The translations under genes were made by a program, and so were the position numbers. A model generated the notes under the pieces. The model was not told the origin of the DNA, did not search any database, and worked only from the letters and a program-made list of their open reading frames with translations. A stretch of DNA of 64,000 bases, taken from assembly GCA_046563655.1 (NCBI GenBank), contig CM102283.1, positions 6,386,001 through 6,450,000 on the forward strand. Reading direction: 5' to 3'. This DNA comes from Yuukianura sp. NJ FZ-2021 (taxonomy: Eukaryota). Numbering within the stretch: the first letter of the stretch is position 1; each line of letters opens with the position of its first letter. Of the stretch, positions 62,153 to 64,000 are shown in pieces.

Positions 62153-63823
62153 ATGGAGGCCAATGCCACTGAGCAACTAGGTTTTCATAACCTACCGCCC
62201 GAGGTAAAAATTGATATTCTTCCACAATTAATGATTGATTAATCAATTAGCTTTAATTTTTTAAAGCTACTGAAAATGATTTTTGAATACTCGGATGCAA
62301 CTACCATTGCAAAAAACCGAGCCGTTTGTGCTAACTGGCGCAACACTATTGAGTCCATCTACACAACCCGTTTGGATATGACCAAACACAATTGGGGAGC
62401 CTTCATCATGAAGTCTACAGCATCCAAGATTTGTCTGAAGATCAAGGGAGTTCAGTTGCCCATCTACTTGGCTCCAGAATTCAAACACTTTATGGCTCGT
62501 GTCAACACTCTGGAACTGACTGGACATATTCCAGAGGACAATATCACCAACATTCTCAAAGGATGTCGCAGAGTCAAGACAGTCTATATTCATCATGTCA
62601 AGTACGACGCTGTTGCTCGTCTTCTCAAAGTCAACACTGACAGGCATGATTTTATGTTCGAACTGAGAGAATTGAGCATTGGAAAGGCAGGGCGTGACGA
62701 GCGGAATTTGCGTGATCTTCTAATTGTGACAAACTATGTTGGTGCTATGCTCAAATTCAATTGTCTGAGAATACTCAACTTCAGTGAGATTTTCAAAATG
62801 GAAAACATTTTGCAATTGATTTTTCCTGGAATTTTTGACGCACCAACACCCAACAAGTACGAAGATAAAGTCATCAAGCAGATTTTGGACGAGCAACGTC
62901 AATCTCTTCGACTCATCACGTTTTACAATGACAACGGCAAAATTTCGCACACGAACCCACGCTGCTCCTTCATCCATTTCCATCCGTACTCGGACGCGTC
63001 AGTATCTCGTTCCAGCGCCAATCCAACCAATCACATACCTCAAATTCACGAAGCGGGGTTATATCCGGCTGGATACTATGGTGTTTGTCGTGCACATACT
63101 AGACTGTTGTTCAAAATTTTTGAAACGCAGTTCAGAATGAAAAATTTGGAGATTTCTTACTTTAACCAAGCGGATGTGGACCGAATTGAAAACATTATCA
63201 AAAACAATTGTGAAACATTGGAAGAAATTACAATTGCATCAATGGAGCATATGGACATGGAAGACTCTTTTCGCTCACTTAGTTGTTCATGGTTTGAAAC
63301 ATGCTTGACCTTGAAGAAACTAACACTTTGCTCGGACTATGAAAGTCGGAAGGTCAAATTGCTTGACCTCTTGCTTCTTCCGACTTCTTTGAAAAAGTTG
63401 TTTCTTACTGGATTTGCTCCAACTGGATCGCCAGAACTGTTAGCTGGATTGACCGAACCACAGCAGTATCCAGAATTGACCGAAGTGATGCTGGGTGCCC
63501 TGCCTTGGTTCTTTCAAGACGAAAACCCAGTTATTACTTTCGAAAAAGCGCACCTTTTTTTGCTTCTTAAATTGTTTCCTCAAATTCGAAAACTGACTCT
63601 CAGAGAAGGTTGGAGTGATGACTTTTGGTTGGATGCAAGTATGACAGATCCGATTCCACTTGCAGTTTCATCTGAATTTGTGACTTGGTGTCGCCAGGGT
63701 GGAGGGGACAACGTTGAAATCGCTTCAATTCAAATTTCCGGCAACGATGATAACTCTCCACTACGATTACTTGGTTTCTCTCAAACAGTACACGAAATAC
63801 TTATCGGAAACAACCAACACTGA
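62153..63823 (+). CDS. F-box protein with LRR-like C-terminal region. Exons 62153-62203, 62267-63823
   Basis: FHNLPPE|LLKMIFEYS...RAVCANWRNTI F-box; colinear similarity to 4502-6143 (LLDLL.LPTSL..L.L.GFAPTGS.E; WC.QGGGDNV.I.SI). Confidence 0.82.
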
Positions 63824-64000
63824 AGTTCAATCTGCGCAAACTTTTAATCCCATTGCGATTAATTTTTAAACTTTTGAGTGTTCAATTCAATGAATTCAAT
63901 GTTTGAATTTTTGCAATAACAAAATAATTTTGAAACACTTTTGAGCCTATCAAAATTATCCAATTGCATTACAAAAAAAGAAAATTAAACTAAAATTTAT

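Overview
AT-rich eukaryotic (arthropod-like) genomic DNA with short GT-AG introns. It is dominated by a ~47 kb minus-strand dumpy-like gene (N-terminal EGF repeats, a long DPY/EGF repeat array, ZP domain, furin site, TM; ~53732 down to 6721). Flanking genes: a 6-exon PP6 catalytic subunit, two paralogous F-box genes, an orphan ORF and a putative secreted Cys-rich protein. Most unusual signal: about 25 dumpy introns belong to one sequence family. In each, the element is the whole intron, always in sense orientation, often with an internal inverted repeat, and copies sit at >=7 nucleotide positions around two motifs of the DPY module. The 2.08 kb member (16420-18498) carries its own 5-exon gene, not visible in the ORF track. 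Spliced by hand it encodes an acidic N-terminus, two C2H2-type zinc fingers and a GIY-YIG-like nuclease domain with one in-frame TGA. Several short members retain traces of this cassette's 3' end. This suggests a mobile, possibly homing, spliceosomal intron that encodes its own endonuclease and spreads through dumpy repeats. The nuclease assignment and mobility are inferences from motifs and distribution and need HMM, structural and genome-wide checks.
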